Source: an uncultured Chloroflexia bacterium
GTDB lineage: Bacteria > Chloroflexota > Limnocylindria > Limnocylindrales > CSP1-4
Direction of reading: 5' to 3'
DNA length: 64,000 bases
NCBI GenBank assembly: GCA_963763775.1
Contig: CAVXPZ010000001.1
Span: forward strand, 1,184,001-1,248,000
Shown here piece after piece: positions 1 through 9,727 of the stretch (positions are counted from its first letter, which is position 1; each line of letters begins with the position of its first letter). The notes beneath the pieces were generated by a model. That model was not told the DNA's origin. It searched no databases and saw only the letters and a program-made list of their open reading frames with translations. Position numbers and translations under genes: made by a program.

Positions 1-1
1 G

Positions 2-457
2 TTGCTCCACCCCGACTACTGGGACCCGATCACGACGACGGACTTCGCCGCGGTCTATGCCTACACCGCCGCCTGGCTGCTGACGGCGGTGTCGCTCCTG
101 ATCCTTCGCGAGGTCGGCCCGCCCGACCGTCTCCTCTTGAGGACGATCCTCGTCGTCGCGGCCGGGTGCGCCACGGCCGGCATCGCGAACGCGCTCGAGG
201 ATGGCCTCGGGATACGGGACCTGGGCACCCTCTATGTGCTGGGGGCCATCGTCGGCGGCTTCGGACTGCTCTTCGTCGCCGCCATGTTCTGGCCGACCCC
301 CGCCCGACGCTTGACGTTCGTGCCGGCGATCGGCGCCCTCGCGATGTTCGCCGTCACGACCGGCGGCGGCGTGCTGGCACTCGCGGCATGGGGCGGGTTC
401 GCCGTGGTCGTCGTCCGCGAGCGCGTCCGGTCGGCGACGACGTCGGCCGCAGCCTGA
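2..457 (+). CDS. Hypothetical integral membrane protein (5' end outside window)
   Basis: ORF open from window edge with about five hydrophobic segments; TGA stop converges on add. Confidence 0.6.
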   Translation: MLHPDYWDPITTTDFAAVYAYTAAWLLTAVSLLILREVGPPDRLLLRTILVVAAGCATAGIANALEDGLGIRDLGTLYVLGAIVGGFGLLFVAAMFWPTPARRLTFVPAIGALAMFAVTTGGGVLALAAWGGFAVVVVRERVRSATTSAAA

Positions 458-494
458 GAGCCGGCGCCGGCACTCCGGCCCGGCCGACGCGGCC

Positions 495-1604
495 TCACCC
501 GGCGGTGACGACCCGCGACGTCTCGGCTCGGAGGTGCGCGTAGCCGGGCTTCACGACCTCGTTGATGATGCGCAGCCGCTCGTCGAACGGGGCGAACGCG
601 CTCTTCATCGCGTTGATCGTCAGCCACTCCATCTCGCCGAGGCCGATGCCGAACGCCTCGTCCAGCGCCGCGAACTCGCTCGAGAGCGACACGCCGCTCA
701 TCAGCCGGTTGTCGGTGTTGACCGTGACGCGGTAGCGCAGGCGACGGAGCAGGTCGATGGGGTGCTCGCCGATCGACGCGGCCGCCCCGGTGTGGACATT
801 GGACGTAGGGCACATCTCGAGCGGCACGCGACGGTCGCGGACGAACGCCGCCAGCCGACCCAGCGCCACCGTGCCGTCGGCGTGGACCGTGATGTCGTCC
901 ACGATCCGCACGCCATGGCCGAGCCGCTCCGCCCCGCAGAACTGGAGCGCCTCCCAGATCGACGGCAGCCCGAACGACTCGCCGGCATGGATCGTGATGT
1001 GGAAGTTCTCGCGGCGGACGAGGTCGAACGCGTCAAGGTGCCGCGTCGGCCGGTAGCCGGCCTCCGGCCCGGCGATGTCGAAGCCGACCACGCCGGCGTC
1101 GCGCCAGCGCACGGCGCACTCCGCGACCTCCACGGAGCGCGCGGCCTGGCGCATCGCCGTCACGAGCGAGCGCATGACGATCGGATGGCCGGCCTCGGCG
1201 GCGCGCGCCTCGCCGAGCCGGTAGCCGGTGAGGATCGCGTCCTGGACCTCGTCGATCGTCAGGCCGCGTGCCGTGCACAGCTCGGGCGCCATGCGGACCT
1301 CGGCGTAGACGACGCCGTCGGCCGCGAGGTCCTCCGCGCACTCGGCCGCGACCCGGATGATCGCGTCGCGCTCCTGCATGACGCCGAACGTGTGCTCGAA
1401 CGTGTCGAGGTAGAGCTCGAGCGACTTCTGGTCGGCGCCGCGCCGGAACCACGTCGTCAGGTCGTCGACGTCGGTCGTCGGCAGACCGGTGTAGCCGTAC
1501 TCGGCCGCCAGGTCGATGATCGTGGCCGGCCGCAGCCCGCCATCGAGATGGTCGTGGAGCATCGCCTTGGGGGCGCGGACGAAGACCTCGGGACTCGTCA
1601 TCAT
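495..1604 (-). CDS. add: Adenosine deaminase
   Basis: LHDHLDG metal-binding motif, [31 protein letters not shown]; start ATG placed at 1604 (or 1601) after a TACCAT -10 box. Confidence 0.93.
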   Translation of the reverse strand: MMTSPEVFVRAPKAMLHDHLDGGLRPATIIDLAAEYGYTGLPTTDVDDLTTWFRRGADQKSLELYLDTFEHTFGVMQERDAIIRVAAECAEDLAADGVVYAEVRMAPELCTARGLTIDEVQDAILTGYRLGEARAAEAGHPIVMRSLVTAMRQAARSVEVAECAVRWRDAGVVGFDIAGPEAGYRPTRHLDAFDLVRRENFHITIHAGESFGLPSIWEALQFCGAERLGHGVRIVDDITVHADGTVALGRLAAFVRDRRVPLEMCPTSNVHTGAAASIGEHPIDLLRRLRYRVTVNTDNRLMSGVSLSSEFAALDEAFGIGLGEMEWLTINAMKSAFAPFDERLRIINEVVKPGYAHLRAETSRVVTAG

Positions 1605-1624
1605 CGACGATGGTAGCGAACCGG

Positions 1625-2852
1625 TCAGGCCGACACGACCCACAACTCGACGGGTTCCGTGATCCCGTGGAGCTCGACCGGGCCGATCGACCGGGCCGGG
1701 GCGGCGTCATCGGGGAGCAGCGCCCGCACGCCGTCCTCGATGAGCAGCTGGCCGGCAGTCGCGTGGGTCGCGATCCGCGAGGCGAGGATCACCGTCCGGC
1801 CGAAGATGTCGCCGTCCCGGGTCACGACGCGGCCCGCCGCCACGCCCGCGTGGGCCGGCGGCAAGCCCCGAGGCCGCGATCTCGCGCATCAGGTCCGTGA
1901 CGGCGCGGACGGCCGTCGTCGGGTCGTCGAAGCGGAGCAGCACGCCGTCGCCCAGGAGCTTCATCACACGTCCGCCGAAGGCCTGCACGCACGCGTCCGC
2001 GAGCGCGGCGAGCCGGGCGGCCGTCAGGGCCGAGGCCTCGTCGCCGAGCTGCTCCGTCAGCGTCGTGTAGCCGGTCAGGTCGACGAAGGCCACCGCGATG
2101 GGGATCTCCGGGCGTTCCGGGAGCCGACCCGATCGGATCAGCCCGCCCTCGAACGCCCCGATGATCCGGTCGTTGAGCGCCTGCTCGAAGTGGCGTTCCT
2201 GGAGCCACGCGAGGAGCTCGCGGATGAGCGCGGCACCGCCGATCGCCGGGTTCTCGGCCGGGTCCGCCGCGTCCGCGAGGTCGCGATGGCTCGGCGCGCC
2301 CTGGGTGGAGAGTTCGGGTCGGGCGGCCTCATCCCAGGCGTCGAGCCAGGTCTCGATGATGCGTCGGCTCGACTCGCCGCTGAACCGCGCCACGCGCCGG
2401 TCGGCGTCGCCCTCGGGATCGACCGAGCCCCAGACCCGAAGGTAGCGCGTGACGATCGACGCCTCGTCGGCGCGCATCGGCCGGTCCGGCTCCGGCTCCG
2501 ACAGCCCGAAGGCCGCGTAGATCGACGGCAGGCGGTCGCCGGCCTCGCCCAGCTGACCCTGAAGGTCCCGATACGTCGGGGCGTCGCGCGGCGACGGCGT
2601 CGAGAACATCCGGGCGACAGATCCCAGCCCCGCGCCGAGGTTGTCGACGAGCCAGGCCACGTCCGCTTCGCCGATCCCGGCACCCTGCAGGCCGCGGACC
2701 GTGGCTAGCACGGCCCCGTCCCGCGCGTCGAACCGGCCGTCCGCGAGCGGCCGCAACTGGCCGAGCTCGACGAGGCGATCGACGAGGTCCGCCGGGACAT
2801 CGGCCTCGGCGGCGAGCTCGGCGCGCGTGAGCGCCCGGATCTCCTCGGTCAC
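1625..2852 (-). CDS. Class III adenylate/guanylate cyclase with N-terminal HTH-like/regulatory region (frameshift near 1865)
   Basis: [11 protein letters not shown] and [10 protein letters not shown] in ORF 1707..2948; C-terminal [27 protein letters not shown] in ORF 1625..1864; GTG start overlaps argH TGA. Confidence 0.85.
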
Positions 2853-4285
2853 GAGTTCGTGGTGGCGGCCTCGGCGTCGAGGCGGGCGCGGGCCGCGGCG
2901 AGCGCAGCGGCGACGCGTCCGGGCGCCGTGCCGCCGATGACGTCGCACGCGGCCAGCGCACCGTCGATGGCGGCCGCGGCCCGCAGGTCCTCGCCGATCC
3001 CCGGTGTCGCGGCGAGCGCGGCCGCGTCCGGGTCGCCGCTCGCAGCCAGCGCCGCGGCGATCGTCGCGTCGTCGAGCGCATCGAGCTCGAGGCCGGCGGT
3101 CTCGGCCGCGGCCACCAGCGAGCCCACGACGTGGTGGGCGGCACGGAACGGGATGCCGCGACGGACCAGCGTGTCCGCGACCGCGGTGGCGGTCGTGTAG
3201 CCCTCGGCGGCGGCCGCGCGCATCCGCGCCGCGTCCACGGTCAGCGTGTCGAGCATGCCCGCGAGGATCCCGAGCGAGGCCCCGTAGACCGCGACCGCGT
3301 CGAACAGCGGCGCCTTGTCCTCCTGGAGGTCACGCTGGTAGGCGAGCGGCAGGCCCTTGAGCATGGCCAGCGTGCCCGTCAGCGCCCCGATGACGCGGGC
3401 GGCGCGGCCGCGGACCAGCTCCGCGGGATCCGGGTTCTTCTTGTTCGGCATGATCGAGCTGCCCGTCGAGAACGCGTCCGAGGCGCGAACGAACCCGAAC
3501 CGCGGGTTCGACCACCACACGAGCTCCTCCGCGAGCCGGCTCAGATGGACCATCCCGAGGGCCGTGGCCGCGAGGACTTCGACGACGAAGTCGCGGTCGC
3601 TGACCGCGTCGAGCGAGTTCGCTGTGACCCCGTCGAAGCCGAGGTCGCGGGCCGTGGCCTCGCGGTCAAGCGGATAGCCCGCGCCCGCGAGGGCGCCCGA
3701 GCCGAGCGGGCTCACGTTCACGCGGCGGCGCGCATCGGCGAGCCGAGCGCGGTCGCGCTCGGCCATCTCGACGTACGCCAGCAGGTGATGCGCGAACAGG
3801 ACGGGCTGCGCCGGCTGGATGTGGGTCGTGCCCGGGAGCACGGCCGTGCCCTCCCGTTCGGCGAGGCCGACGAGGGCGAGCTCGAACGCGACGAGGGCCG
3901 CATCGAGGTCGTCGATCGCCCGCCGCGTCCAGAGGCGCAGGTCCGTCGCGACCTGGTCGTTACGCGAGCGGCCGGTGTGCAACCGTCCGGCGACCGGCCC
4001 GATGCGCTCCGCCAGCGCCGACTCGAGGTTGAGGTGGACGTCCTCGAGCGACGGGTCCCACGTGAACCGGCCGGCGGCGACGTCCTCGGCCAGCCCGGTC
4101 AGGCCGGCGATCAGCTCCTGGGCCTGATCTGCGGTGACCAGCCCGGCACGCTCCAGGCCGCGGACGTGCGCGATCGAGCCGGCGAGGTCGTCGGCGGCGA
4201 GCTCGCGGTCGATGTCGATCGAGTTCGTGAACGCCTCGACCCGCGCGTCGTTCGCCTCGCTGAACCGCCCGCCCCAGAGCCGCAT
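2849..4285 (-). CDS. argH: Argininosuccinate lyase
   Basis: LWGGRF N-terminus, HTGRSRNDQ, TGSSIMPNKKNPD signature, KGLPLAYQRDLQEDK. Confidence 0.97.
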   Translation of the reverse strand: MRLWGGRFSEANDARVEAFTNSIDIDRELAADDLAGSIAHVRGLERAGLVTADQAQELIAGLTGLAEDVAAGRFTWDPSLEDVHLNLESALAERIGPVAGRLHTGRSRNDQVATDLRLWTRRAIDDLDAALVAFELALVGLAEREGTAVLPGTTHIQPAQPVLFAHHLLAYVEMAERDRARLADARRRVNVSPLGSGALAGAGYPLDREATARDLGFDGVTANSLDAVSDRDFVVEVLAATALGMVHLSRLAEELVWWSNPRFGFVRASDAFSTGSSIMPNKKNPDPAELVRGRAARVIGALTGTLAMLKGLPLAYQRDLQEDKAPLFDAVAVYGASLGILAGMLDTLTVDAARMRAAAAEGYTTATAVADTLVRRGIPFRAAHHVVGSLVAAAETAGLELDALDDATIAAALAASGDPDAAALAATPGIGEDLRAAAAIDGALAACDVIGGTAPGRVAAALAAARARLDAEAATTNS

Positions 4286-4357
4286 CGTGCCTCCTGTCCG
4301 TGTCGGGCCATGCTACGGGATGCATCGAGGCGAGCGGGCGCCTCGCCCGGGGACCGG

Positions 4358-5458
4358 CTAGGAGCCCACGACCGGCGCCGGGGCGGCGCGACTCGGTGCG
4401 GCCACGGCACGCAGGCGTTCGGCGGCGTCCTCGGCCGTGAGGTCGCGCTGGGTCTCGGCAAGGAGCTCGTACCCGACCATGAACTTGCGGACGTTCGCGC
4501 GGAGGAGCGGCGGGTAGAAGTGGCCGTGCACCTGCCACCCGGTGGCCGGCGTCGCCGGATCGGTCGCGCCCCCGCCGAGGAACGGCGCCTGGTGCCAGCC
4601 CATCGAGTACGGGAACGGACGGCGGAAGACACCGTCGTACCGACCGAGCAGGTCCACGAGCACGCTCGCCAGACCCGCCCGGGCCGACGCGTCGAGCTCG
4701 GGCAGCCGCGCCGCCGGTCGACGCGGGATGAGCAGGGTCTCGAACGGCCATGCCGCCCAGAACGGCACGACCACGAGCCACTCGTCGTTCTCGACCACGA
4801 CGCGCGGGCCGCCGGATTCCTGGTCGACGTAGTCGAGGAGGAGCCGGTGACCGGTGGAGGCCGCATACGCCGCCTGGCTCGCGGACTCGCGGACGGCTTC
4901 GACCGGCAAGGCCGTCCCGGCCCAGATCTGCCCGTGTGGATGCGGGTTCGACGCACCCATCGCCGCGCCGCGGTTCTCGAAGACCTGGACCCAGCTGAAC
5001 GCCGACCCGAGCTCGCTCGTCTGCTCTGCCCAGACATCGATGACCCGCCCGATCGCCTCCGGCGTCATCGCCCCGAGGGTCAGGTCGTGCCGCGGGGAGA
5101 AGCAGACGACCCGGCAGACACCACGTTCGCCTTCGGCACGGAGGAGGCCGTGCTCCACGGTCGCCACGGACGTGTCCGCCCGAAGCGCCGCGAAGTCGTT
5201 GTCGAAGACGAACGTGGTGTCGTACTCCGGGTTCCGGTTCCCGTTCGCTCGAACGTTCCCCGGGCAGAGGTAGCAATCGGCGACATACGTCGGCCGCTCG
5301 TGCGCGACCTCCGGCTCTTCGGCGCCCAGCCAGGGACGCAGGGTGCGGCCGGCGGACACGAGCACCCACTCATCGATGAGCGGGTTGTACCGGCGGTGCG
5401 GGTCCCGGGCCAGCTCGGACGGAAGGACGCCGTCGGTCGAGGAACGGTCAGCTGGCAT
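4358..5458 (-). CDS. galT: Galactose-1-phosphate uridylyltransferase
   Basis: HRRYNPL, CYLCPGNxR, FENRGAAMGASNPHPHGQ catalytic HPH motif, RKFMVGYE. Confidence 0.96.
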   Translation of the reverse strand: MPADRSSTDGVLPSELARDPHRRYNPLIDEWVLVSAGRTLRPWLGAEEPEVAHERPTYVADCYLCPGNVRANGNRNPEYDTTFVFDNDFAALRADTSVATVEHGLLRAEGERGVCRVVCFSPRHDLTLGAMTPEAIGRVIDVWAEQTSELGSAFSWVQVFENRGAAMGASNPHPHGQIWAGTALPVEAVRESASQAAYAASTGHRLLLDYVDQESGGPRVVVENDEWLVVVPFWAAWPFETLLIPRRPAARLPELDASARAGLASVLVDLLGRYDGVFRRPFPYSMGWHQAPFLGGGATDPATPATGWQVHGHFYPPLLRANVRKFMVGYELLAETQRDLTAEDAAERLRAVAAPSRAAPAPVVGS

Positions 5459-6254
5459 GGTCGGCCTGGCTCTCCGCGAGGGTCGGCTCGACGACGAGCA
5501 GCTGGTGGACGTGACCCTCGAGGATGTCGCGCACCTCGGGGTCGATCCGCGAATCGGTGATCAGGACATCGGCCTGGTCGAGGCGGGCGATCGAGCTGAT
5601 GCCGATCACGCCCCACTTCGAGTGGTCGGCGACCACGACGAGCCGGCGGCCGGCCTCGATGAGCGCGCGGTCGGTCTCGGCCTCCAGGAGGTTCGGGCAC
5701 GTGAATCCGGTGTGCGGGTCCATGCCGTGGACGCCGACGAAGACCAGGTCCATGTGGACGGTCCGCAGGGCGGCGACCGCGAACGGGCCGACGAGCGCCT
5801 CGGACGGGGTCCGTTCGCCGCCGGTCAGGATGATCGTCTGGTCGCTCCGGCCGACCTGGTGGAGCACGTCGGCGACCCGCGTCGAGTTGGTCACGACCGT
5901 GATGCCGGGGATCTCGGCAAGCCGCTGCGCGAGGGCGTAGGTGGTGGTGCCCGCGGAGACCCCGATGGCCATCCCGGGCTCGACGAGCGAGGCGGCGGCG
6001 TCGGCGATCGCGTCCTTCTCCGACTGGTTCAGGCTGGACTTCGCCGCGAAGGTCGGCTCGAAGAGGGCGTTGCCCTCGAGTGCCGTGGCGCCGCCATGGA
6101 CCTTTTCCAGGAGGCCGCGCTCATCGAGGATCTCGAGGTCGCGCCGGACGGTCATGTCGGACACGCCGAGTTCGCGGACGAGATCGGCGACCTTGACGGC
6201 CCCGTCCTCGCGTACGCGCTCCAGGATCCTCGCCTGCCGCTGGCGGGCCAGCAT
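5448..6254 (-). CDS. DeoR/GlpR family transcriptional regulator
   Basis: MLARQRQARIL...VSDMTVRRDL HTH, KVHGGA, AGTTT, VVTNS, ADHSK; start re-called from the longer ORF. Confidence 0.92.
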   Translation of the reverse strand: MLARQRQARILERVREDGAVKVADLVRELGVSDMTVRRDLEILDERGLLEKVHGGATALEGNALFEPTFAAKSSLNQSEKDAIADAAASLVEPGMAIGVSAGTTTYALAQRLAEIPGITVVTNSTRVADVLHQVGRSDQTIILTGGERTPSEALVGPFAVAALRTVHMDLVFVGVHGMDPHTGFTCPNLLEAETDRALIEAGRRLVVVADHSKWGVIGISSIARLDQADVLITDSRIDPEVRDILEGHVHQLLVVEPTLAESQADHAS

Positions 6255-6345
6255 CACGCCACTCCCATGGATCCGACGGCGTCCTCCGTCCAACTCGGCA
6301 CGTCGACTCCCTTCCGTTCGGACGCGACAACGATAGCGGTCAGGA

Positions 6346-6456
6346 TGCGACAAAGTCAACGTAATCCGACACGTGTCACCGAAAGGTGTCGAGAAATCTT
6401 GACATCGCAACCCGCCCGGCGTCACAATCCGGGCGAACCTGTTTGATTTTGTCGCA
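6346..6456. promoter_or_regulatory. Sigma70-type promoter for the sugar ABC operon bracketed by an inverted operator pair
   Basis: TTGACA (6399-6404), 18-nt spacer, CACAAT (6423-6428); TGCGACAAAGTCAAC (6346-6360) and TTTGATTTTGTCGCA (6442-6456) are near-perfect inverted copies. Confidence 0.65.
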
Positions 6457-6477
6457 GGTCGGGTAGGAGGAGTTGCC

Positions 6478-7836
6478 ATGTCGGACCCAATCGGCCCGCG
6501 CGGTCGATCGATGCGCACGCTCGCCGGACTGGCGACGATCGCGGTGCTCGTGGTCGCGTGCTCGAGTAGCACCACCTCGGGCGCGCCGAGCGCCGCCCCA
6601 TCCGCTGCCGCGAGTGCCGTGGCAGTGCCCCCGAAGTACACCTCGGGCACCGCCGGCACCCTTGGCACGACCACGATCCGCTCGAACGAGCATGAGCCGG
6701 TGCCGGCGTCGTCCGTCAAGGCGATGGTCGACTACTGCACCGCCAAGACCGGGGCCGCGGCCACGGTCTCCACGACCGTCCACAACGACTTCCAGGACCA
6801 GTTCAACACGTTCATGCAGGCCACGCCCGATGACTTGGTGAAGTGGTTCACGGGCGAGCGGCTCCGGTTCCCGGCCCGCAACGGCCTGCTCACGCCGATC
6901 GACGACGTGTGGCAGACGATCGCCGCCAACTACTCCGACGGCATGGCCAAGGCCTCGCAGGGCGACGACGGCAAGAAGTACGCGGTGCCGATCGTCTCCT
7001 ATCCGTGGGTCGTCCTCTACCGGAAGAGCTTCTTCACGGAGAAGGGCTACACGGTCCCGAAGACGTGGGACGAGTTCATCACCCTGGCCAAGAAGATCCA
7101 GGCCGACGGCCTGATCCCGCTCGCCTTCGCGGACAAGGACGGCTGGCCCGCGATGGGCACGTTCGATATCCTGAACATGCGCATGAACGGCTATCAGTTC
7201 CACGCCGACCTCCTGGCCGGCAAGGAGAAGTGGACCGACCCGAAGGTCCAGGCGGTCTTCGCCAAGTGGGCGGAGCTGCTTCCCTACACCCAGCCCGACC
7301 CGCTCGGCCGGACCTGGCAGGAAGGCGCCCAGACGTGGGCCAACAACAAGGCGGCCATGTACTTCCTGGGCACGTTCGCGTCCCAGCAGGTGCCGCCGGA
7401 GAACCTGGCCGACGTCGACTTCTTCCCGTTCCCGACCCTCGGGACCCAATACGACTCCGAGTTGGGCATCGACGCCCCCGTCGACGCCTGGATCCTGAGC
7501 AAGGACCCGAAGAACCTGCCGGCCGATCAGGCGATGCTCGCCTGCTTCGGCACCGCCGAAGCGCAGCTGGCGTTCCTCGGCAAGGACCAGAGCCAGATCC
7601 CCGCGGCGAAGGTCACCGACACCAGCTCGTTCACACCGCAGCAGAAGAAGATGGCCGAGATCATCGGGGCGTCCGGTGGCGTCGCCCAGTTCCTCGACCG
7701 CGATACCCGCTCCGACTTCGCCGGGGCGCAAGGGATGCAGGCCCTCCTGCAGGACTTCATCAAGAACCCGTCCCAGGACCTCGCCGCCTACACGGCCAAG
7801 GTCCAGGGCGTCTACGACTCGCTCCCGGCACAGTGA
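6478..7836 (+). CDS. Carbohydrate ABC transporter substrate-binding lipoprotein
   Basis: GGAGGAG SD; lipobox VVAC plus Ser/Ala linker; PKTWDEF, GKKYAVP typical of SBP_bac_1/8. Confidence 0.9.
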   Translation: MSDPIGPRGRSMRTLAGLATIAVLVVACSSSTTSGAPSAAPSAAASAVAVPPKYTSGTAGTLGTTTIRSNEHEPVPASSVKAMVDYCTAKTGAAATVSTTVHNDFQDQFNTFMQATPDDLVKWFTGERLRFPARNGLLTPIDDVWQTIAANYSDGMAKASQGDDGKKYAVPIVSYPWVVLYRKSFFTEKGYTVPKTWDEFITLAKKIQADGLIPLAFADKDGWPAMGTFDILNMRMNGYQFHADLLAGKEKWTDPKVQAVFAKWAELLPYTQPDPLGRTWQEGAQTWANNKAAMYFLGTFASQQVPPENLADVDFFPFPTLGTQYDSELGIDAPVDAWILSKDPKNLPADQAMLACFGTAEAQLAFLGKDQSQIPAAKVTDTSSFTPQQKKMAEIIGASGGVAQFLDRDTRSDFAGAQGMQALLQDFIKNPSQDLAAYTAKVQGVYDSLPAQ

Positions 7837-7862
7837 TCCGCTGACCCTCAGCTGATCGAATC

Positions 7863-8825
7863 GTGACGTCCGACGTCGCCGATCCCGCAACCCCGACCAC
7901 TCCGGTGGTCGGGGTTGCGGCCGCTTCCAAGCCGAAAGGCGGGATGCGCCTCTCACGTCGCGACAAATGGGTCCTGGGCCTCTTGCTCGGGATCCCCCTG
8001 TTCATCCATGTCTTCCTGGTCTGGGTCCCGACGCTCGCCTCGGTCGTGCTCTCGTTCACGTCGTGGAACGGCATCGGCGGCCTCGACAAGATCAAGTTCG
8101 TCGGCATCGACAACTACCGGGTCCTCGTCACCACCTACCCGCCGTTCTGGCCGGCGATCGAGCACAACCTCATCTGGCTCGGCGTCTTCATGCTGATCGC
8201 GACCCCGATCGGGATCTTCTTCGCCGTGCTCCTCGACAAGGAGATCCGCGGCACGCGGTTCTACCAGGGCGCGCTCTACCTGCCGGTCGTCCTCTCGCTG
8301 GCCATCATCGGGTTCATCGCCCAGCTGTTCCTCTCGACCGACCAGGGGCTGGTCAACGGGATGTTGGGCGCCTTCGGCGTCAAACCCGTCGACTGGCTCG
8401 GGAACTCCAGCCTGAACCTGTGGGCCATCCTCGTCTTCGCGAGCTGGCGGCAGGTGGGCTACGTGATGATCCTGTACCTGGCCGGCCTCAAGGGCGTCGA
8501 TCCCACCCTTCGCGAGGCCGCCAAGGTCGATGGCGCCACGGAGGTCCAGACGTTCTTCCGCGTCGTCTTCCCGGTGATGCGACCGATCAACATCGTCGTG
8601 CTCGTCATCACCGTCATCGAGTCGCTCCGGGCGTTCGACCTCGCGTTCATCATCAACCGCGGGCTCAACGGCCTCGAGCTGCTGTCGGTCCTCGTCACGA
8701 ACAACATCATCGGCGAGGCCAGCCGGATCGGATTCGGCTCGGCGATCGCGGTGATCCTGCTCGTCGTCGCGGTCGGCCCGATCGTCGTCTACCTCTCCCG
8801 GACGTTGCGCGAGGAGGCCCGATGA
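7863..8825 (+). CDS. Carbohydrate ABC transporter permease (MalF-type)
   Basis: EAA loop LREAAKVDGAT; YLAGL; multiple TM segments. Confidence 0.92.
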   Translation: MTSDVADPATPTTPVVGVAAASKPKGGMRLSRRDKWVLGLLLGIPLFIHVFLVWVPTLASVVLSFTSWNGIGGLDKIKFVGIDNYRVLVTTYPPFWPAIEHNLIWLGVFMLIATPIGIFFAVLLDKEIRGTRFYQGALYLPVVLSLAIIGFIAQLFLSTDQGLVNGMLGAFGVKPVDWLGNSSLNLWAILVFASWRQVGYVMILYLAGLKGVDPTLREAAKVDGATEVQTFFRVVFPVMRPINIVVLVITVIESLRAFDLAFIINRGLNGLELLSVLVTNNIIGEASRIGFGSAIAVILLVVAVGPIVVYLSRTLREEAR

Positions 8826-9727
8826 CCGCCACGAGTCGCCCGATCGCCACGACGACCGTCAAGAAGAAGACCGGGATCCGATGGCGTCGGGTCGCGCTCC
8901 ACTTCTTCCTGTTCACGATGGCGCTGGTCTGGCTCTTCCCGCTGTTGTACGCGCTGTACACGTCGCTGCGGCCGTATGCCGACACCGGCAAGTTGGGGTA
9001 CTTCTCGATCGGCGGGGCGTACAACCTCGACAACTACGTCAAGGCCTTCACGGCAGGGCAACTCCCGTCGTACTTCCTCAACACGCTGATCGTGGTGGTG
9101 CCGGCCGTCTTCCTGACGCTGCTCCTCGCGTCGATGGCGGCGTTCGTGCTCTCGCGCTACAGCTGGAAGACCAACCTGCTCTTCCTGATGATCTTCACCG
9201 CCGGCAACCTGCTGCCGCAGCAGGTCATCATCACGCCGCTCTTCCGGATGTTCCTGCTCCTGCCCCTGCCGCCGATCCTGAGCGACAACGGCATCTGGTA
9301 CGACCAGTACTTCGGCGTGATCGCGATCCACGTCGCGTTCCAGCTGGGCTTCTGCACCTTCGTGCTCAGCAACTACATGAAGACGCTGCCCCAGGAGATG
9401 GTGGAGGCCGCGGTCGTCGACGGCGCCAGCGTGTTCCAGATCTACCGCAAGGTCATCATGCCGCTCGTCCGACCGGCGTTCGCCGCCCTCGTCGTGCTCG
9501 AGACGACCTGGATCTACAACGACTTCTTCTGGGCCCTGCTCCTGATGAAGAGCGGGGAGCGCATGCCGATCACCTCGGCGCTCAACAGCCTCAAGGGCAA
9601 CTTCTTCGTGGACAACAACCTGATCGCCGCGGGGGCGATCATCGTGGCGCTGCCCACCATGATCGTGTTCTTCGCCGCCCAGAAGCAGTTCATCAGCGGC
9701 CTGACGCTGGGGTCGACGAAGGGCTAG
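8822..9727 (+). CDS. Carbohydrate ABC transporter permease (MalG-type)
   Basis: ATGA overlap with previous gene; EAAVVDGAS, WIYNDFFW, QKQFISGLTLG. Confidence 0.92.
   Translation: MTATSRPIATTTVKKKTGIRWRRVALHFFLFTMALVWLFPLLYALYTSLRPYADTGKLGYFSIGGAYNLDNYVKAFTAGQLPSYFLNTLIVVVPAVFLTLLLASMAAFVLSRYSWKTNLLFLMIFTAGNLLPQQVIITPLFRMFLLLPLPPILSDNGIWYDQYFGVIAIHVAFQLGFCTFVLSNYMKTLPQEMVEAAVVDGASVFQIYRKVIMPLVRPAFAALVVLETTWIYNDFFWALLLMKSGERMPITSALNSLKGNFFVDNNLIAAGAIIVALPTMIVFFAAQKQFISGLTLGSTKG

Noticed and set aside
3131-5560. Long antisense or alternate-frame ORFs (809 aa here; also 34239..37367, 40395..43148, 44917..47043, 47040..49079)
   Set aside because: Shadow ORFs expected in very GC-rich DNA, overlapping well-supported genes and lacking motifs of their own
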